Shown: positions 1 to 10,526 of the stretch, in pieces
How the letters are laid out: each line of letters opens with the position of its first letter
How positions within the stretch are numbered: position 1 is the first letter of the stretch
NCBI GenBank assembly: GCA_963735805.1
Contig: CAVTMK010000002.1
Span: forward strand, 960,001 to 1,024,000
DNA: 64,000 nt
Reading direction: 5' to 3'
Source: an uncultured Verrucomicrobiae bacterium
GTDB taxonomy: Bacteria; Verrucomicrobiota; Verrucomicrobiia; Chthoniobacterales; UBA10450
Program-made: the position numbers and the translations under genes
Notes under the pieces: model-generated
Told to the model about the DNA's origin: nothing
The model's database searches: none
The model's input: only the letters and a program-made list of their open reading frames with translations

Positions 1-392
1 TCGATATCGTTTACGGTTCATTCCACGAAGTCGATTCCAGCGAACTTGCATTCAAAATGGCGGCGATTTTTGCCATGAAAGATGGATTTAAGCAGGGCAA
101 ACCGATTTTGTTGGAGCCGATCATGAAAGTCGAAAACATTACCCCGGACGAGTTCCAGGGAGATATCTGCGGCGACTTGAGCAGACGTCGTGGCAGCATT
201 CACAGCATCGAAACACGCGGCAATCTCGCGATCATTCATGCTGAGGTTCCACTCGCCGAGTTGTTCGGTTACGCGACTGCCATCCGTTCACTTTCCAAAG
301 GCCGGTCCAGTTACTCGATGGAACCTTCCCATTTCCAACCGGTACCGGCCAATCTGGTTTCGGCCATTCTCGATCAGAAAGAGGCCAAATGA
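1..392 (+). CDS. fusA: Elongation factor G, C-terminal part (5' truncated by window edge)
   Basis: Frame from nt 3 reads [20 protein letters not shown]...LLEPIMKVE...GDLSRRRG...[20 protein letters not shown] (EF-G domains IV-V); stop overlaps rpsJ start (ATGA). Confidence 0.97.
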   Translation, partial: DIVYGSFHEVDSSELAFKMAAIFAMKDGFKQGKPILLEPIMKVENITPDEFQGDICGDLSRRRGSIHSIETRGNLAIIHAEVPLAELFGYATAIRSLSKGRSSYSMEPSHFQPVPANLVSAILDQKEAK

Positions 393-700
393 GTAATGGC
401 CAGCGTATCCGGATTCGATTGAAGGCGTTCGATCACCGGATGCTAGATCAATCCGCAGTGGAGATCGTTGAGACTGCGAAGCGTACGGGAGCGCGGGTAG
501 CGGGTCCGATTCCGCTGCCGACGTTAATTGAGAAATTTACGGTGAACCGTTCGCCGCACGTCGACAAAAAGTCGATGGAACAATTTGAAATTCGCACGCA
601 CAAGCGTCTGCTGGACATCATCGAGCCGACGGCGAAAACGGTGGATGAACTGAAAAAACTGAATTTGCCTGCGGGCGTTGATATTACGATTAAGATTTAA
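389..700 (+). CDS. rpsJ: 30S ribosomal protein S10
   Basis: [43 protein letters not shown]. Confidence 0.99.
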   Translation: MSNGQRIRIRLKAFDHRMLDQSAVEIVETAKRTGARVAGPIPLPTLIEKFTVNRSPHVDKKSMEQFEIRTHKRLLDIIEPTAKTVDELKKLNLPAGVDITIKI

Positions 701-737
701 GCGGAGGCCCTTCTGAAAGATTTGCGATTAGACGGTC

Positions 738-1448
738 ATGAGCATCGGACTTCTTGGACAAAAAATTGGTATGACCGGCGTTTACGACGCCAAAGGTCGA
801 TTGCGTCCCGTGACCGTGATCGCGGCCGGCGATAACGTTTTGCTTCGTCGTTTGACCGAAGAGAACGACGGCTACTTGGCCGTGCAGGTCGGGTTTGGGG
901 TGCAAAAGGAATCACGGGTGACCAAAGCGTTGCTCGGCGAGTTCAAAAAGGCGGGCGTGGGGCCGCAACGATTCGTGCGTGAGTTTCGCTTAACCAGGGA
1001 TCTTCCGGAGGGCGAAATCAATTTGAGCGTTACGCAATTCCAAGCGGGCGACTACGTTGACGTAATTGGCCGGTCGAAAGGAAAAGGATTCCAGGGGGTA
1101 ATGAAGAAACACAACTTTCACGGACAAGGCGCGGCACACGGTTCGAAAACGCATCGGCGCGTTGGTGCGATCGGCAATCGTTCTACTCCGGGCCGTATTT
1201 GGAAAAACATGGGAATGCCTGGTCATATGGGCGATGAACGGGTCACGGTTCAGAATTTGCAGGTCATGCAGGTGCGCGAAGCCGAAAAAATTATCTTGGT
1301 CAGCGGCGCCGTTCCGGGAGCGAATGGAAGTTACGTGATTGTTAGGCCAGCGATTAAGCACCCGGAAAGACTCTTGGCGGTGCATGCGGAGCATCGCAAA
1401 CATGATGAGCAGGAAGCCTCGAAGAAGCCCGCGATAAAAATCCGATGA
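738..1448 (+). CDS. rplC: 50S ribosomal protein L3
   Basis: KIGMT, DVIGRSKGKGFQGVMKKHNF, GRIWKNMGMPGHMG; about 25-aa C-terminal extension. Confidence 0.99.
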   Translation: MSIGLLGQKIGMTGVYDAKGRLRPVTVIAAGDNVLLRRLTEENDGYLAVQVGFGVQKESRVTKALLGEFKKAGVGPQRFVREFRLTRDLPEGEINLSVTQFQAGDYVDVIGRSKGKGFQGVMKKHNFHGQGAAHGSKTHRRVGAIGNRSTPGRIWKNMGMPGHMGDERVTVQNLQVMQVREAEKIILVSGAVPGANGSYVIVRPAIKHPERLLAVHAEHRKHDEQEASKKPAIKIR

Positions 1449-2080
1449 GCGCGAAAGTTCTAACCAAAGCCGCTGCCAAGGAAGCCGGCATCGAACTGAT
1501 CGAAGACGGAAAAGGTTCGCAGGCCGTCCATGATACAGTCGTCGCCATGCGCGCGGCACGCCGTTCCGGCTCGGCCAACACCAAGACGAAAGCGGAAGTG
1601 GATTTGTCTGGCGCGAAACCCTGGCGGCAGAAAGGGACCGGCCGCGCTCGGGCTGGTTATAAATCCTCGCCGATTTGGCGTGGCGGTGGTGTCGTCTTTG
1701 GACCGAAGCCGCGAGATTATTCGAAAAAAGTCTCGAAATCCGTGCGACGTCTGGCGTTCCGGAAAGCTCTGAGCGAGCGGATCAAGGCCGGCGATGTTTT
1801 GATGATCGACAAATTCGTCGTGCCGGAACTCAAAACGAAGTCGTTCGTGGGCTTGCTGAAAAAGCAAACAGACGCCCGGAAAGTTTTGCTGGTGTCGGAT
1901 GCGTTTGATCAAAACACGTTGAAGTCTGGGCGCAACGTCAAGCCGGTAATCTTTGCCACCGCTTCCGATGTAAACACCGAGCAATTACTCGCCTTTGAGA
2001 AAATTCTCATCACTCAGAAGGCGCTGGAACGATTAGCGGAGCGGACTCGCCCAACTCGAAGCGGCGGAAACAAGGAGTAA
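1445..2080 (+). CDS. rplD: 50S ribosomal protein L4
   Basis: KPWRQKGTGRARAG, SPIWRGGGVVFGPKPRDY. Confidence 0.99.
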   Translation: MSAKVLTKAAAKEAGIELIEDGKGSQAVHDTVVAMRAARRSGSANTKTKAEVDLSGAKPWRQKGTGRARAGYKSSPIWRGGGVVFGPKPRDYSKKVSKSVRRLAFRKALSERIKAGDVLMIDKFVVPELKTKSFVGLLKKQTDARKVLLVSDAFDQNTLKSGRNVKPVIFATASDVNTEQLLAFEKILITQKALERLAERTRPTRSGGNKE

Positions 2081-2084
2081 TGAG

Positions 2085-2366
2085 ATGAGTGAGCCCCACG
2101 AGATTATTCAAACTGCGTCGTTGACCGAAAAATCAACCCTGATGAGTGAGAAGCAGAACAAGTATGTCTTTCGCGTGAGTCCGCGAGCAAACAAGATTGA
2201 GATCAAGAACGCAATCGAGCGCCTGTTTCAAAAGAAGGTGGTCGATGTAAACACTTGTAACTATGCGGGCAAGGAGAAGGCAGTGCGGGGGCCCGTAGGA
2301 CGACGGCCGAGGTGGAAAAAAGCGATCGTGACTTTGAAGGAGGGCGAAAAAATCGATCTCATCTGA
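2085..2366 (+). CDS. rplW: 50S ribosomal protein L23
   Basis: LTEKS, ANKIEIKNAIE, WKKAIVTLKEGEKI; S10 operon position. Confidence 0.98.
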   Translation: MSEPHEIIQTASLTEKSTLMSEKQNKYVFRVSPRANKIEIKNAIERLFQKKVVDVNTCNYAGKEKAVRGPVGRRPRWKKAIVTLKEGEKIDLI

Positions 2367-2394
2367 CGAAGAGAAATCGAATTTTTGAAATGTT

Positions 2395-3243
2395 ATGGCA
2401 TTAAAAGAATTTCGCCCATTAACGCCGACACTTCGTTTCAAGTCGCTGCCTGCTTTCGACGAAATCACAAAGTGGCGGCCTGAGAGGAGCCTTGTTGAGC
2501 CGAAGAAAAAAAGCGGCGGTCGCAACACCTACGGCCGGCTCACGTCGCGCCACATTGGCGGTGGTCACAAACAGAAATACCGCAAGGTTGATTTTAAACG
2601 ACGCAAACACGGTGTCTCGGCAGAGGTTCTCGGGATCGAGTACGACCCAAATCGCTCCGCGCGCATTGCTCTTATTAAATATACGGACGGCAAACTAAGC
2701 TACATTCTCGCGCCGAACGGCCTGCGAGTGGGATCAACGGTCGCCGCTGGCGATGGTGTCGCGCCCGATTTGGGAAACGCGTTGCCACTTCGCGCGATTC
2801 CGCTGGGTACTAACATACATAACATTGAATTGAGTCCCGGACGCGGTGGTCAGGTTGCGCGAAGTGCCGGGCAACAGGCCACGTTAACAAATATTGAGGG
2901 TGGCTACGCATTGGTGAAAATGCCTTCCGGGGAAATTCGACGCGTCCATGAAAACTGTTTTGCGACAATTGGCCAGGTGGGAAACGTCGATCACATGAAT
3001 GTGTCGAGTGGCAAGGCTGGACGTACTCGCTGGCAAGGGCGTCGTCCGCACGTGCGTGGCATGGTGATGAATCCGATTGATCATCCGATGGGGGGCGGCC
3101 AGGGCAAATCAAAAGGCGGCGGCGGCCGACACCATCCGGTCAGTCCCTGGGGACAACTCGCGAAAGGATTTAAGACGCGCAGTAAACATAAGCCGAGTGA
3201 CCGTTTTATTTTGGAAAGGAGACGGCCGAAGAAGAAGGGGTAA
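2395..3243 (+). CDS. rplB: 50S ribosomal protein L2
   Basis: [28 protein letters not shown]. Confidence 0.99.
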   Translation: MALKEFRPLTPTLRFKSLPAFDEITKWRPERSLVEPKKKSGGRNTYGRLTSRHIGGGHKQKYRKVDFKRRKHGVSAEVLGIEYDPNRSARIALIKYTDGKLSYILAPNGLRVGSTVAAGDGVAPDLGNALPLRAIPLGTNIHNIELSPGRGGQVARSAGQQATLTNIEGGYALVKMPSGEIRRVHENCFATIGQVGNVDHMNVSSGKAGRTRWQGRRPHVRGMVMNPIDHPMGGGQGKSKGGGGRHHPVSPWGQLAKGFKTRSKHKPSDRFILERRRPKKKG

Positions 3244-3312
3244 GCGCTGGACGGCGGAACTCTGCGACATTGGTCTGGCAGAGCGCGACCCTCCACAATT
3301 CACTTGAAAATT

Positions 3313-3591
3313 ATGGCTAGATCGTTAAAGAAAGGACCCTTCGTCGAGTTGCATCTTCTGGAGAAGATCGACAGGATGAACAACTCGGGCGTAAAGAAAC
3401 CGATTAAAACCTGGTCACGACGCTCGATGGTGACGCCGGACTTTGTCGGCCACACATTTTTGGTGCACAACGGAAAGACGTTTAATTCCGTTTTTGTTAC
3501 CGAGAACATGGTCGGTCACAAGCTCGGCGAATTTTCGCCGACGCGTGTGTTTAGGAAACACGGTTCGCATACGGCGAAGGTCACGAAATAG
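3313..3591 (+). CDS. rpsS: 30S ribosomal protein S19
   Basis: [33 protein letters not shown] at 3313. Confidence 0.99.
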   Translation: MARSLKKGPFVELHLLEKIDRMNNSGVKKPIKTWSRRSMVTPDFVGHTFLVHNGKTFNSVFVTENMVGHKLGEFSPTRVFRKHGSHTAKVTK

Positions 3592-3602
3592 TTTTAGTTA
3601 CG

Positions 3603-3664
3603 AGTTGATACTTGATAGAATGAACCTGTGCGTGCTGCCAAGGTGAACCTATCAACAATCAACT
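3603..3664. repeat. Heptamer-repeat-based inverted repeat overlapping the start of the inserted gene
   Basis: AGTTGATACTTGATAG (3603-3618) is a 14/16 reverse complement of CTATCAACAATCAACT (3649-3664). Confidence 0.7.
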
Positions 3665-4515
3665 ACCGACTATCGACTTATTTGGTGTGGGGTTGCCTTA
3701 TGCTGGCCGGAGGGCTAGCGGCAGGGGGAAATAGTTCTTTGTCAGAATCCAAAAATGAAAGCGCGGGAGCGAATAATTCCGCGGTGGCGAGCGTGCCGCC
3801 TTCAGAATCGCAACCGCCGCGACTGGCTTCAGAGGGGAGTGCTGTAGATTTGCTTCAGCAAAATGAGGATTTGCGGAAGCGCTTGTCCATTTCCCAGGAA
3901 TCGCTGAAGGCATTGACCAGTAGCCTGGCGGAGTCCAATGGGGAGGCGGAATTGTTTCGCCGCAAGTATTCGGATTTGCAACTGCAAATGGAGGCACTGG
4001 GGCTGGCATCCGCGAATAAGGACCGGGCGAAGTTGGAGCAGCGTTTGTTGGCCGCGGTGAGTGATCTTCAGCTCGCACAGAGGGAACGTGACGAGTATCG
4101 GAACCAGATGCTGCGTTTGGACGAAGCGGTATTGTTTTATTTGAAAACCTCACAGAGCGGTGATGCCAAGGCACGGATGGACGTGGAAACTCAGGTGCGC
4201 AGCATAGAGAAGCTGATCACGAAGTCTATGGATGCGCCAAATTTGCCGGAGCCAAGTTTGATGGACGGTAACGTGATCAGTGTGAAGGATGAATGGTCCT
4301 TCGTAGTCGGTAACCTGGGCGAAAAACAAGGTGTCAAACTAGGAATGCCAATGCGGGTGATGCGTGCCGATCAAAGAATCGCAACCCTGCGAGTGATTGA
4401 TGTGCGCCAAAAGATCTGCGGGGCGGTGATTCAAGAAATGGATTCAAAGAAGGACAGAATAAAAGTAGGGGATCGCCTCCAGGTGGATGCCCAACCGGAT
4501 GTGAGTTTGAAATAA
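3628..4515 (+). CDS. Hypothetical exported coiled-coil protein with C-terminal beta-rich (FlgT-C-like) domain
   Basis: 295-aa ORF filling the rpsS-rplV gap on the same strand; hydrophobic N-terminal LVWGCLMLAGGLAA, central heptad-rich helix, C-terminal VVGNLGEKQGVKLGM...IKVGDRL; start uncertain. Confidence 0.85.
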   Translation: MRAAKVNLSTINYRLSTYLVWGCLMLAGGLAAGGNSSLSESKNESAGANNSAVASVPPSESQPPRLASEGSAVDLLQQNEDLRKRLSISQESLKALTSSLAESNGEAELFRRKYSDLQLQMEALGLASANKDRAKLEQRLLAAVSDLQLAQRERDEYRNQMLRLDEAVLFYLKTSQSGDAKARMDVETQVRSIEKLITKSMDAPNLPEPSLMDGNVISVKDEWSFVVGNLGEKQGVKLGMPMRVMRADQRIATLRVIDVRQKICGAVIQEMDSKKDRIKVGDRLQVDAQPDVSLK

Positions 4516-4521
4516 GAGGAA

Positions 4522-4580
4522 CGAGAATCGAGAACCGAGAATCGTAAATCGGGAAACCGTTACGAATTTCGATTCTCGAA
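4522..4580. repeat. Heptamer tandem repeat with inverted copy (hairpin)
   Basis: CGAGAAT CGAGAAC CGAGAAT CGTAAAT CG followed by reverse-complement CGATTCTCGA. Confidence 0.75.
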
Positions 4581-4595
4581 TTACACAGCGGAAAC

Positions 4596-5081
4596 ATGGA
4601 AGTCAGATCAACATATAAGTATGCACGGATTTCGCCGTTCAAGGTGCGCGAAGTCACGCGTGAGATCCAGGGTCTGCCGGTCTCGGCAGCTCTCGATCGG
4701 CTCGCTTTCACTCCCAAGAAAGCCGCATTCCTGATCAACAAGACATTGAAGAGCGCGATCGCTAATGCCGAAAACAACGCCAATCTTAAGGCTGACGGAT
4801 TGGTCGTAAAAGAAGCGAGTGTTGGCGAAGGCCCAACGTTCAAGCGGATCATGGCGCGTGCCCGCGGTAGTGCAAGCCGGATTTTGAAGCGGACCAGTCA
4901 TATCCGAATCGTGCTTACGGACGAAATTACAGTCGAGACACGCGAGACCAGAAAAGCGAAACAAAAAGCAGCACAAAGGGCCGAGAAGAAAAAAGAAACG
5001 TCGGCCGGTGAGTCAACTGAAAAGGCGACAACTGAGAAAAAGCCGCGAGCAAAAAAAGCGAACCGGAAATCGAACAGGTAA
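4596..5081 (+). CDS. rplV: 50S ribosomal protein L22 with Lys/Glu-rich C-terminal extension
   Basis: [36 protein letters not shown]. Confidence 0.98.
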   Translation: MEVRSTYKYARISPFKVREVTREIQGLPVSAALDRLAFTPKKAAFLINKTLKSAIANAENNANLKADGLVVKEASVGEGPTFKRIMARARGSASRILKRTSHIRIVLTDEITVETRETRKAKQKAAQRAEKKKETSAGESTEKATTEKKPRAKKANRKSNR

Positions 5082-5085
5082 TTTT

Positions 5086-5778
5086 ATGGGACAAAAAGTG
5101 AATCCAATTGGCTTTCGCCTGGGCGTGAACCGCGACTGGCGCTCGCGTTGGTATGCGTCCGCTCAGGAACTGCCAGAATTTCTCCACTCAGATTTGGAGA
5201 TTCGGAATTATGTGAAGAAGAAGCTGCAATACGCCGCTGTCTCGAAAATTGTCATCGAGCGGGCTTGGAATAGCATCAGGGTAACCATTTTCACTGCGCG
5301 GCCGGGAATCGTGATTGGACGCAAGGGTGCCGAGATCGAGAAAATGACCGAGGAGATTTCCAAGATGGCGCAGGGCAAGCAAGTCAAGATCGACATCCAG
5401 GAGATCAAGACACCGGAGCTCGATGCCCAACTGGTGGCGGAGAATGTGGCGCTGCAAATTGAGCGACGAATTGCGTATCGCCGTGCGATGAAAAAAGCCG
5501 TGCAGACCGCAATGGATTTTGGAGCCGAAGGAATCCGCCTCCGTAGTTCCGGACGGCTCAATGGTGCGGAGATTTCGCGCTCGGAATGGTATCGGGAGGG
5601 TAAAGTTCCGCTGCACACGCTGCGGACTCCGGTCGATTATGGCTTTGCCGAGGCCAACACCGTTTACGGCAAAATCGGAGTTAAATGTTGGATCTGCAAG
5701 AAGGAGGAACCGGTAGCTCAGCCCGCCCCTCCTCCGCCACCACCGCCAGCTCCCGCCCCGGAGCCGGCTGAAGTCTAA
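5086..5778 (+). CDS. rpsC: 30S ribosomal protein S3
   Basis: [33 protein letters not shown]; Pro-rich tail. Confidence 0.99.
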   Translation: MGQKVNPIGFRLGVNRDWRSRWYASAQELPEFLHSDLEIRNYVKKKLQYAAVSKIVIERAWNSIRVTIFTARPGIVIGRKGAEIEKMTEEISKMAQGKQVKIDIQEIKTPELDAQLVAENVALQIERRIAYRRAMKKAVQTAMDFGAEGIRLRSSGRLNGAEISRSEWYREGKVPLHTLRTPVDYGFAEANTVYGKIGVKCWICKKEEPVAQPAPPPPPPPAPAPEPAEV

Positions 5779-5789
5779 GGAGAAGATTT

Positions 5790-6215
5790 ATGCCGTTGAT
5801 GCCAAAACGCGTGAAGTATCGAAAGTCCCAGCGGGGAAGCCGCAAGGGGACCGCCTCGCGTAATCTCAAGATTGATTTTGGCGAATTCGGGTTGCAAACA
5901 CTCGAACGAGCCTGGATTACGAACACGCAATTGGAAGCGGCGCGCGTCGCGCTCACTCGTAATATGAAGCGCAAGGGCAAGCTGTGGATTCGCATTTTCC
6001 CGGACAAATCAGTAACTTCGCGTCCACCGGAAACGCGGATGGGTAAGGGAAAAGGTCAACCTGAGTACTGGGTGGCCACTGTGCGCCCAGGAAATATTTT
6101 GTTTGAATTAGATGGCGTGCCGGAATCTGTAGCGCGCGAGTCGTTGCGCCTGGCGGCGGACAAGTTGCCGGTGCGCACGAAGTTTTTAACACGACACCAC
6201 GTGAGGGCCGCTTAG
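5790..6215 (+). CDS. rplP: 50S ribosomal protein L16
   Basis: [26 protein letters not shown]. Confidence 0.99.
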   Translation: MPLMPKRVKYRKSQRGSRKGTASRNLKIDFGEFGLQTLERAWITNTQLEAARVALTRNMKRKGKLWIRIFPDKSVTSRPPETRMGKGKGQPEYWVATVRPGNILFELDGVPESVARESLRLAADKLPVRTKFLTRHHVRAA

Positions 6216-6219
6216 CATC

Positions 6220-6417
6220 ATGAAAATGAAAGAGATCACCGAACTAAGCAGTGACGAGTTGTTGACTAAAAGGCGGGATCTACGCCAGGAGAGGCTTCAC
6301 TTGCGATTGCAGCAACAAAGTGGTCAGCTGGAACAGCCAAGTAGATTGCGCTGGGCTCGGCGGGACATTGCCAGGATCGAAACCGAGCTGGCGCAGCGCT
6401 CGAAACCCACAAAGTAA
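6220..6417 (+). CDS. rpmC: 50S ribosomal protein L29
   Basis: [21 protein letters not shown]; operon position. Confidence 0.95.
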   Translation: MKMKEITELSSDELLTKRRDLRQERLHLRLQQQSGQLEQPSRLRWARRDIARIETELAQRSKPTK

Positions 6418-6418
6418 C

Positions 6419-6715
6419 ATGGCCGATCAACAACAACAGCCTCCTGCCGCGTCATCAGAGAGCGCGCTCGAACCCCGTAGCTCGCGCAAGACGCGCACAG
6501 GCGAAGTCGTTTCCAGCGGTATGAATAAAACAATCATAGTGCGCACAGTGACCCGCGTGCCGCACCCCAAGTTCGGGAAGATTGTCAAACAGATGAAAAA
6601 ATTTTACGCGCACGACGAACAGAACCAGGCGAAAACTGGTGACATGGTACGCATCATGGAGACGCGCCCGCTGAGCAAACTGAAACGGTGGCGCCTCGTG
6701 GAAGTCATAAAGTAA
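6419..6715 (+). CDS. rpsQ: 30S ribosomal protein S17
   Basis: [38 protein letters not shown] at 6419. Confidence 0.98.
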   Translation: MADQQQQPPAASSESALEPRSSRKTRTGEVVSSGMNKTIIVRTVTRVPHPKFGKIVKQMKKFYAHDEQNQAKTGDMVRIMETRPLSKLKRWRLVEVIK

Positions 6716-6726
6716 CCATCGATTTT

Positions 6727-7092
6727 ATGGTACAAATTCGATCCAGGTTGGATGTGGCGGATAATAGTGGCGCGCGCATGGCCACGATGATTGGCGTAAT
6801 TGGCAAAGCCACGCGTTTCGCAGGGATCGGCGACGTGATCACGGCTAATGTCAAGGAGGCCAGCGCAACAGGCACTGTAAAAAAAGGGGAAGTAGTGCGC
6901 GCGGTGCTTGTTCGGACCAAACAACCGATTCGCCGCGAGGATGGGTCCCTTCTGCGCTTCGATAACAATGCCATCGTCATCATCGATAAAGATTTGAATC
7001 CGCGCGGCACTCGCATTTTTGGGCCGGTTGCTCGCGAACTGCGTGAGCGGAATTTCATGAAAATTGTCTCGCTTGCCCCTGAAGTCCTATGA
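6727..7092 (+). CDS. rplN: 50S ribosomal protein L14
   Basis: [33 protein letters not shown]. Confidence 0.99.
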   Translation: MVQIRSRLDVADNSGARMATMIGVIGKATRFAGIGDVITANVKEASATGTVKKGEVVRAVLVRTKQPIRREDGSLLRFDNNAIVIIDKDLNPRGTRIFGPVARELRERNFMKIVSLAPEVL

Positions 7093-7391
7093 ACCGCACA
7101 AAGTGCCATGTTAAAAAAGGCGATCAGGTGGAGGTAATCTCCGGGAATTTCCGGGGCTCTTCGGGGAGAATTCTGGCTGTGTTTCCAGGAAAACAGCGTG
7201 TGGTCGTCGAAGGCGTGCGGATTATCAAGAAACACCTGCGAAAGTCCCAGGATAATCCGAGCGGGAAAATCGCCGAACGCGAGGGCCCCGTTCATATTTC
7301 GAACGTCAAACTGATCGAGCGCGAGAAGAAGACTGAGAAAAAGGCGGCAAAGAAATCGAAAAAGGAAAAAGAGGAGAAGAAAGCAGTCTAA
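7089..7391 (+). CDS. rplX: 50S ribosomal protein L24
   Basis: [11 protein letters not shown] (KOW), EGPVHISNV. Confidence 0.98.
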   Translation: MNRTKCHVKKGDQVEVISGNFRGSSGRILAVFPGKQRVVVEGVRIIKKHLRKSQDNPSGKIAEREGPVHISNVKLIEREKKTEKKAAKKSKKEKEEKKAV

Positions 7392-7435
7392 GTGAACAAA
7401 GATGTCTCGACTTCGCTCGACATGACAAACTGAAA

Positions 7436-8008
7436 ATGGAAAACGAATTTCGTCGCCATTACAAAGAACGCGTTATGCCGGCGCTGCAGAAGCTGCACGG
7501 TTATAAGAACGTTCACCAGATTCCCAAGGTGGAAAAAGTGGTCATTAACACGTCGGTCGGCTCGCAATCGGATGTGAAGCAGGCGCTGGAAGAAGCCAAA
7601 GCTGAGCTGGCATTGATCACCGGTCAACGCCCCGTGGAAACACTGGCTAAGAAGAGCATTTCAAACTTCAAGTTGCGCAAAGACCAGGCCATTGGCGCAA
7701 AGGTAACCCTGCGTGGAGAGCGCATGTACGAATTCCTTGAGCGTTTCATCAAAGCTGCGTTGCCGCGCATCCGCGATTTTCGCGGCGTGTCTCCGCGTTG
7801 TTTTGATAACCACGGCAACTATACCCTTGGAATATCGGATCAATCGATTTTCCCCGAAGTCGAGCTTGATAAAATCAAGCGCAACATTGGATTTGATGTT
7901 ACAATCGTCACCACGGCACGAACTGACGAGGAAGCCAAATCGCTATTAAGCGAAATGGGAATGCCGTTTAGCGACCGGGCAAAGAAGCCCACCGCGCAAG
8001 CCGCCTGA
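7436..8008 (+). CDS. rplE: 50S ribosomal protein L5
   Basis: AKKSISNFKLR, ALPRIRDFRG, IFPEV. Confidence 0.99.
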   Translation: MENEFRRHYKERVMPALQKLHGYKNVHQIPKVEKVVINTSVGSQSDVKQALEEAKAELALITGQRPVETLAKKSISNFKLRKDQAIGAKVTLRGERMYEFLERFIKAALPRIRDFRGVSPRCFDNHGNYTLGISDQSIFPEVELDKIKRNIGFDVTIVTTARTDEEAKSLLSEMGMPFSDRAKKPTAQAA

Positions 8009-8013
8009 TTTTC

Positions 8014-8412
8014 ATGAGTACTGTTACAGATCCAATTGCCGATTTGTTGGCGCGTATCCGCAATGGCACGCGCGCGCAAAAACTGGAGGTTTTGGTGCCG
8101 TACTCCAAGATCAAGGCCGAGATCACCCGCATCCTGAAGGATGAAGGTTATATTTCGGATTACTCGATTGACACGAGCACAGCGCACCCGCGCATCAAGA
8201 TCACCAACAAACTTGTGAACCGCTCGGGTGCCATTGCAGGGTTGCGTCGTGTAAGTCGCCCAGGATTGCGGCGGTATGTGGGCGCCGATGAAATCCCGCG
8301 AGTTCTTGGTGGAATGGGTTTGGCGATTCTCTCTACTTCTCGCGGCGTTTTATCAGGACGTGAAGCGCGAAAGCAAAAGGTCGGAGGCGAATTACTCGCC
8401 TACGTTTGGTGA
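8014..8412 (+). CDS. rpsH: 30S ribosomal protein S8
   Basis: DPIADLLARIRN, SRPGLRRY, STSRG, GGELLAYVW. Confidence 0.99.
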   Translation: MSTVTDPIADLLARIRNGTRAQKLEVLVPYSKIKAEITRILKDEGYISDYSIDTSTAHPRIKITNKLVNRSGAIAGLRRVSRPGLRRYVGADEIPRVLGGMGLAILSTSRGVLSGREARKQKVGGELLAYVW

Positions 8413-8451
8413 TGATCTAAACCGTGTAACGATCTAACGAATCACGAGCTC

Positions 8452-8991
8452 ATGTCACGAATTGGAAACAAAGCGGTCGAGATCCCCGACAAGGTCAAAG
8501 TGAATATTGACGAGGGCGGAGCGGTCTCGGTGGAAGGGCCGAAGGGAAAACTGCAGTGGAAACTTCCGCGCCAGATTCGGGCCAGCGTGCAAGATAACCG
8601 GGTCTCCGTGGTGCGCGAAGCAGAATCACGCAGCGTGAAAGCGTTGCATGGACTTTCGCGCAGCCTCGTGCACAACATGGTCCAGGGTGTTAGCGAGGGT
8701 TTTACTAAGCAACTCGAGATCGAAGGAGTTGGTTTTAAGGCAGCCGTGCAAGGATCCAATCTTAACTTGAGTCTCGGTTTCTCCCATCCGGTTCCCTTTT
8801 CGATTCCAAAGGACATCAAAATCACAGTCACGGATAACACGAAGATTAAAGTCGAGGGCGTAGACAAAAAATTGGTGGGCCAGGTAGCAGCCGACATCCG
8901 CCGTTTTTATCCTCCAGAGCCGTACAAGGGCAAAGGCGTTCGCTACGCGGGAGAGCAGATTCGTCGCAAAGAGGGCAAGACTGTTCAATAA
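8452..8991 (+). CDS. rplF: 50S ribosomal protein L6
   Basis: [22 protein letters not shown]. Confidence 0.99.
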   Translation: MSRIGNKAVEIPDKVKVNIDEGGAVSVEGPKGKLQWKLPRQIRASVQDNRVSVVREAESRSVKALHGLSRSLVHNMVQGVSEGFTKQLEIEGVGFKAAVQGSNLNLSLGFSHPVPFSIPKDIKITVTDNTKIKVEGVDKKLVGQVAADIRRFYPPEPYKGKGVRYAGEQIRRKEGKTVQ

Positions 8992-8993
8992 TT

Positions 8994-9356
8994 ATGGCTA
9001 CGATTCGTAAAGCAGCGCGCCAGCGTGTTCATCAAAGAATCAGGAAGAAAGTGGCGGGCACGGCGCAACGACCACGGCTGACGGTTCATTTCTCGGGCAA
9101 ACATGTTTACGCTCAGGTGATTGACGACGACTCCAGACGGACGCTGGCCGCTGCGTCGACTGCGGAGCGTTCCCTACTGGGTAAGGATAAAGCAGCTGCA
9201 AATAAGGCGGCGGCAGAACAAGTCGGCAAAGCGATAGCGGAACGTTCGCTGGCGAAGAAACTCGAGCGAGTCGTTTTTGATCGCGGCGGGTTCCTTTATC
9301 ACGGAAAAGTGAAAGCCTTGGCGGACGCGGCCCGTTCAGGCGGCTTAAAATTCTAA
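8994..9356 (+). CDS. rplR: 50S ribosomal protein L18
   Basis: [31 protein letters not shown]. Confidence 0.99.
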   Translation: MATIRKAARQRVHQRIRKKVAGTAQRPRLTVHFSGKHVYAQVIDDDSRRTLAAASTAERSLLGKDKAAANKAAAEQVGKAIAERSLAKKLERVVFDRGGFLYHGKVKALADAARSGGLKF

Positions 9357-9359
9357 TTC

Positions 9360-9923
9360 ATGGCTCAAACAACTTCAGGCAGACGACCGGACATGCGCAG
9401 GACCGATAAGGCACCGGCGGCAAGGGGCGATACGACAGAGAAAGTCGTGTTCATCAACCGCTGCGCAAAGGTCGTGAAAGGCGGACGCCGTTTTAGCTTT
9501 AGCGCCTTGATCGTGGCTGGAGATCACGATGGAAAAGTGGGATGCGGATTTGGCAAGGCCAACGAAGTATCGGAGGCGATTCGCAAGGCCTCCGAAGCCG
9601 CGCGCAAAGCCATGGAAAAAGTTTCGTTGAACGAAAACACAATTCCGCATGAAGTGATTGGCGAATACGACGGAGCGCGAGTGCTATTGCGCCCAGCGTC
9701 ACCGGGTACCGGGGTTATCGCCGGCGGCGGCGTGCGGGCCGTAGCTGAAGCGGCTGGTATTCGCGACGTGTTGGCCAAGTCACTTGGGTCGAGTAATCAC
9801 GCCAACGTGGTGAAGGCGACGATTGCTGCGTTGAAATCACTTCGACGAAAGGACGAAATTTTTAAAGTTCGCGGAATTCATTTTAGCGATGGAAAAGGAG
9901 ACCAACACGATGCGTCTTCATAA
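9360..9923 (+). CDS. rpsE: 30S ribosomal protein S5
   Basis: [23 protein letters not shown]. Confidence 0.99.
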   Translation: MAQTTSGRRPDMRRTDKAPAARGDTTEKVVFINRCAKVVKGGRRFSFSALIVAGDHDGKVGCGFGKANEVSEAIRKASEAARKAMEKVSLNENTIPHEVIGEYDGARVLLRPASPGTGVIAGGGVRAVAEAAGIRDVLAKSLGSSNHANVVKATIAALKSLRRKDEIFKVRGIHFSDGKGDQHDASS

Positions 9924-10494
9924 TTTGCAACCGCGTCCAGGCTCGCGACATCGCGTGAAGCGCCTGGGCTGCGGCGAAAGTTCAGGCCACGGAAAAACCA
10001 GTGGCAAGGGTAATAAGGGCCAGAAGGCGCGCTCAGGCGGGAGCATTCGCCTGGGGTTCGAAGGCGGACAGATGCCGCTGATTCGACGATTGCCAAAGCG
10101 AGGATTTAACAATGCCGCCTTTCACAAGCGGTACGCGATTGTGAATCTTAACGATCTCAATGAATTTAAGGCTGGAACTGCCGTGAACGAACAGCTGTTG
10201 CGCGAGTTGAAACTCGTCCGCGGTGACTTCGTAGGAATCAAGATCCTCGGTGACGGGGAATTGAAGCACGGCCTGAAGGTGGAAGCCGATAAAGTCAGCG
10301 CTACGGCCCGGGAAAAAATCGAAAAAGCTGGGGGGACGATCACGCTGCGTGATAAAAAAGCGAAACCTGATGCTGCTGTGGCCCGCGAAGCTTCGCCAGA
10401 GGAATCAACACGTGAAGCTGCATCACCAGGGGTAAGAAAGAAAAGATCGAAGACCTCAGGCAAAGCGAAAAAGAAAGCGTCGAGGGAGAGCTAG
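9910..10494 (+). CDS. rplO: 50S ribosomal protein L15 with basic C-terminal extension
   Basis: [37 protein letters not shown] at 9910 overlaps rpsE. Confidence 0.98.
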   Translation: MRLHNLQPRPGSRHRVKRLGCGESSGHGKTSGKGNKGQKARSGGSIRLGFEGGQMPLIRRLPKRGFNNAAFHKRYAIVNLNDLNEFKAGTAVNEQLLRELKLVRGDFVGIKILGDGELKHGLKVEADKVSATAREKIEKAGGTITLRDKKAKPDAAVAREASPEESTREAASPGVRKKRSKTSGKAKKKASRES

Positions 10495-10526
10495 CTTCCC
10501 GGCACATGATGTTTCACACTTAGCGG

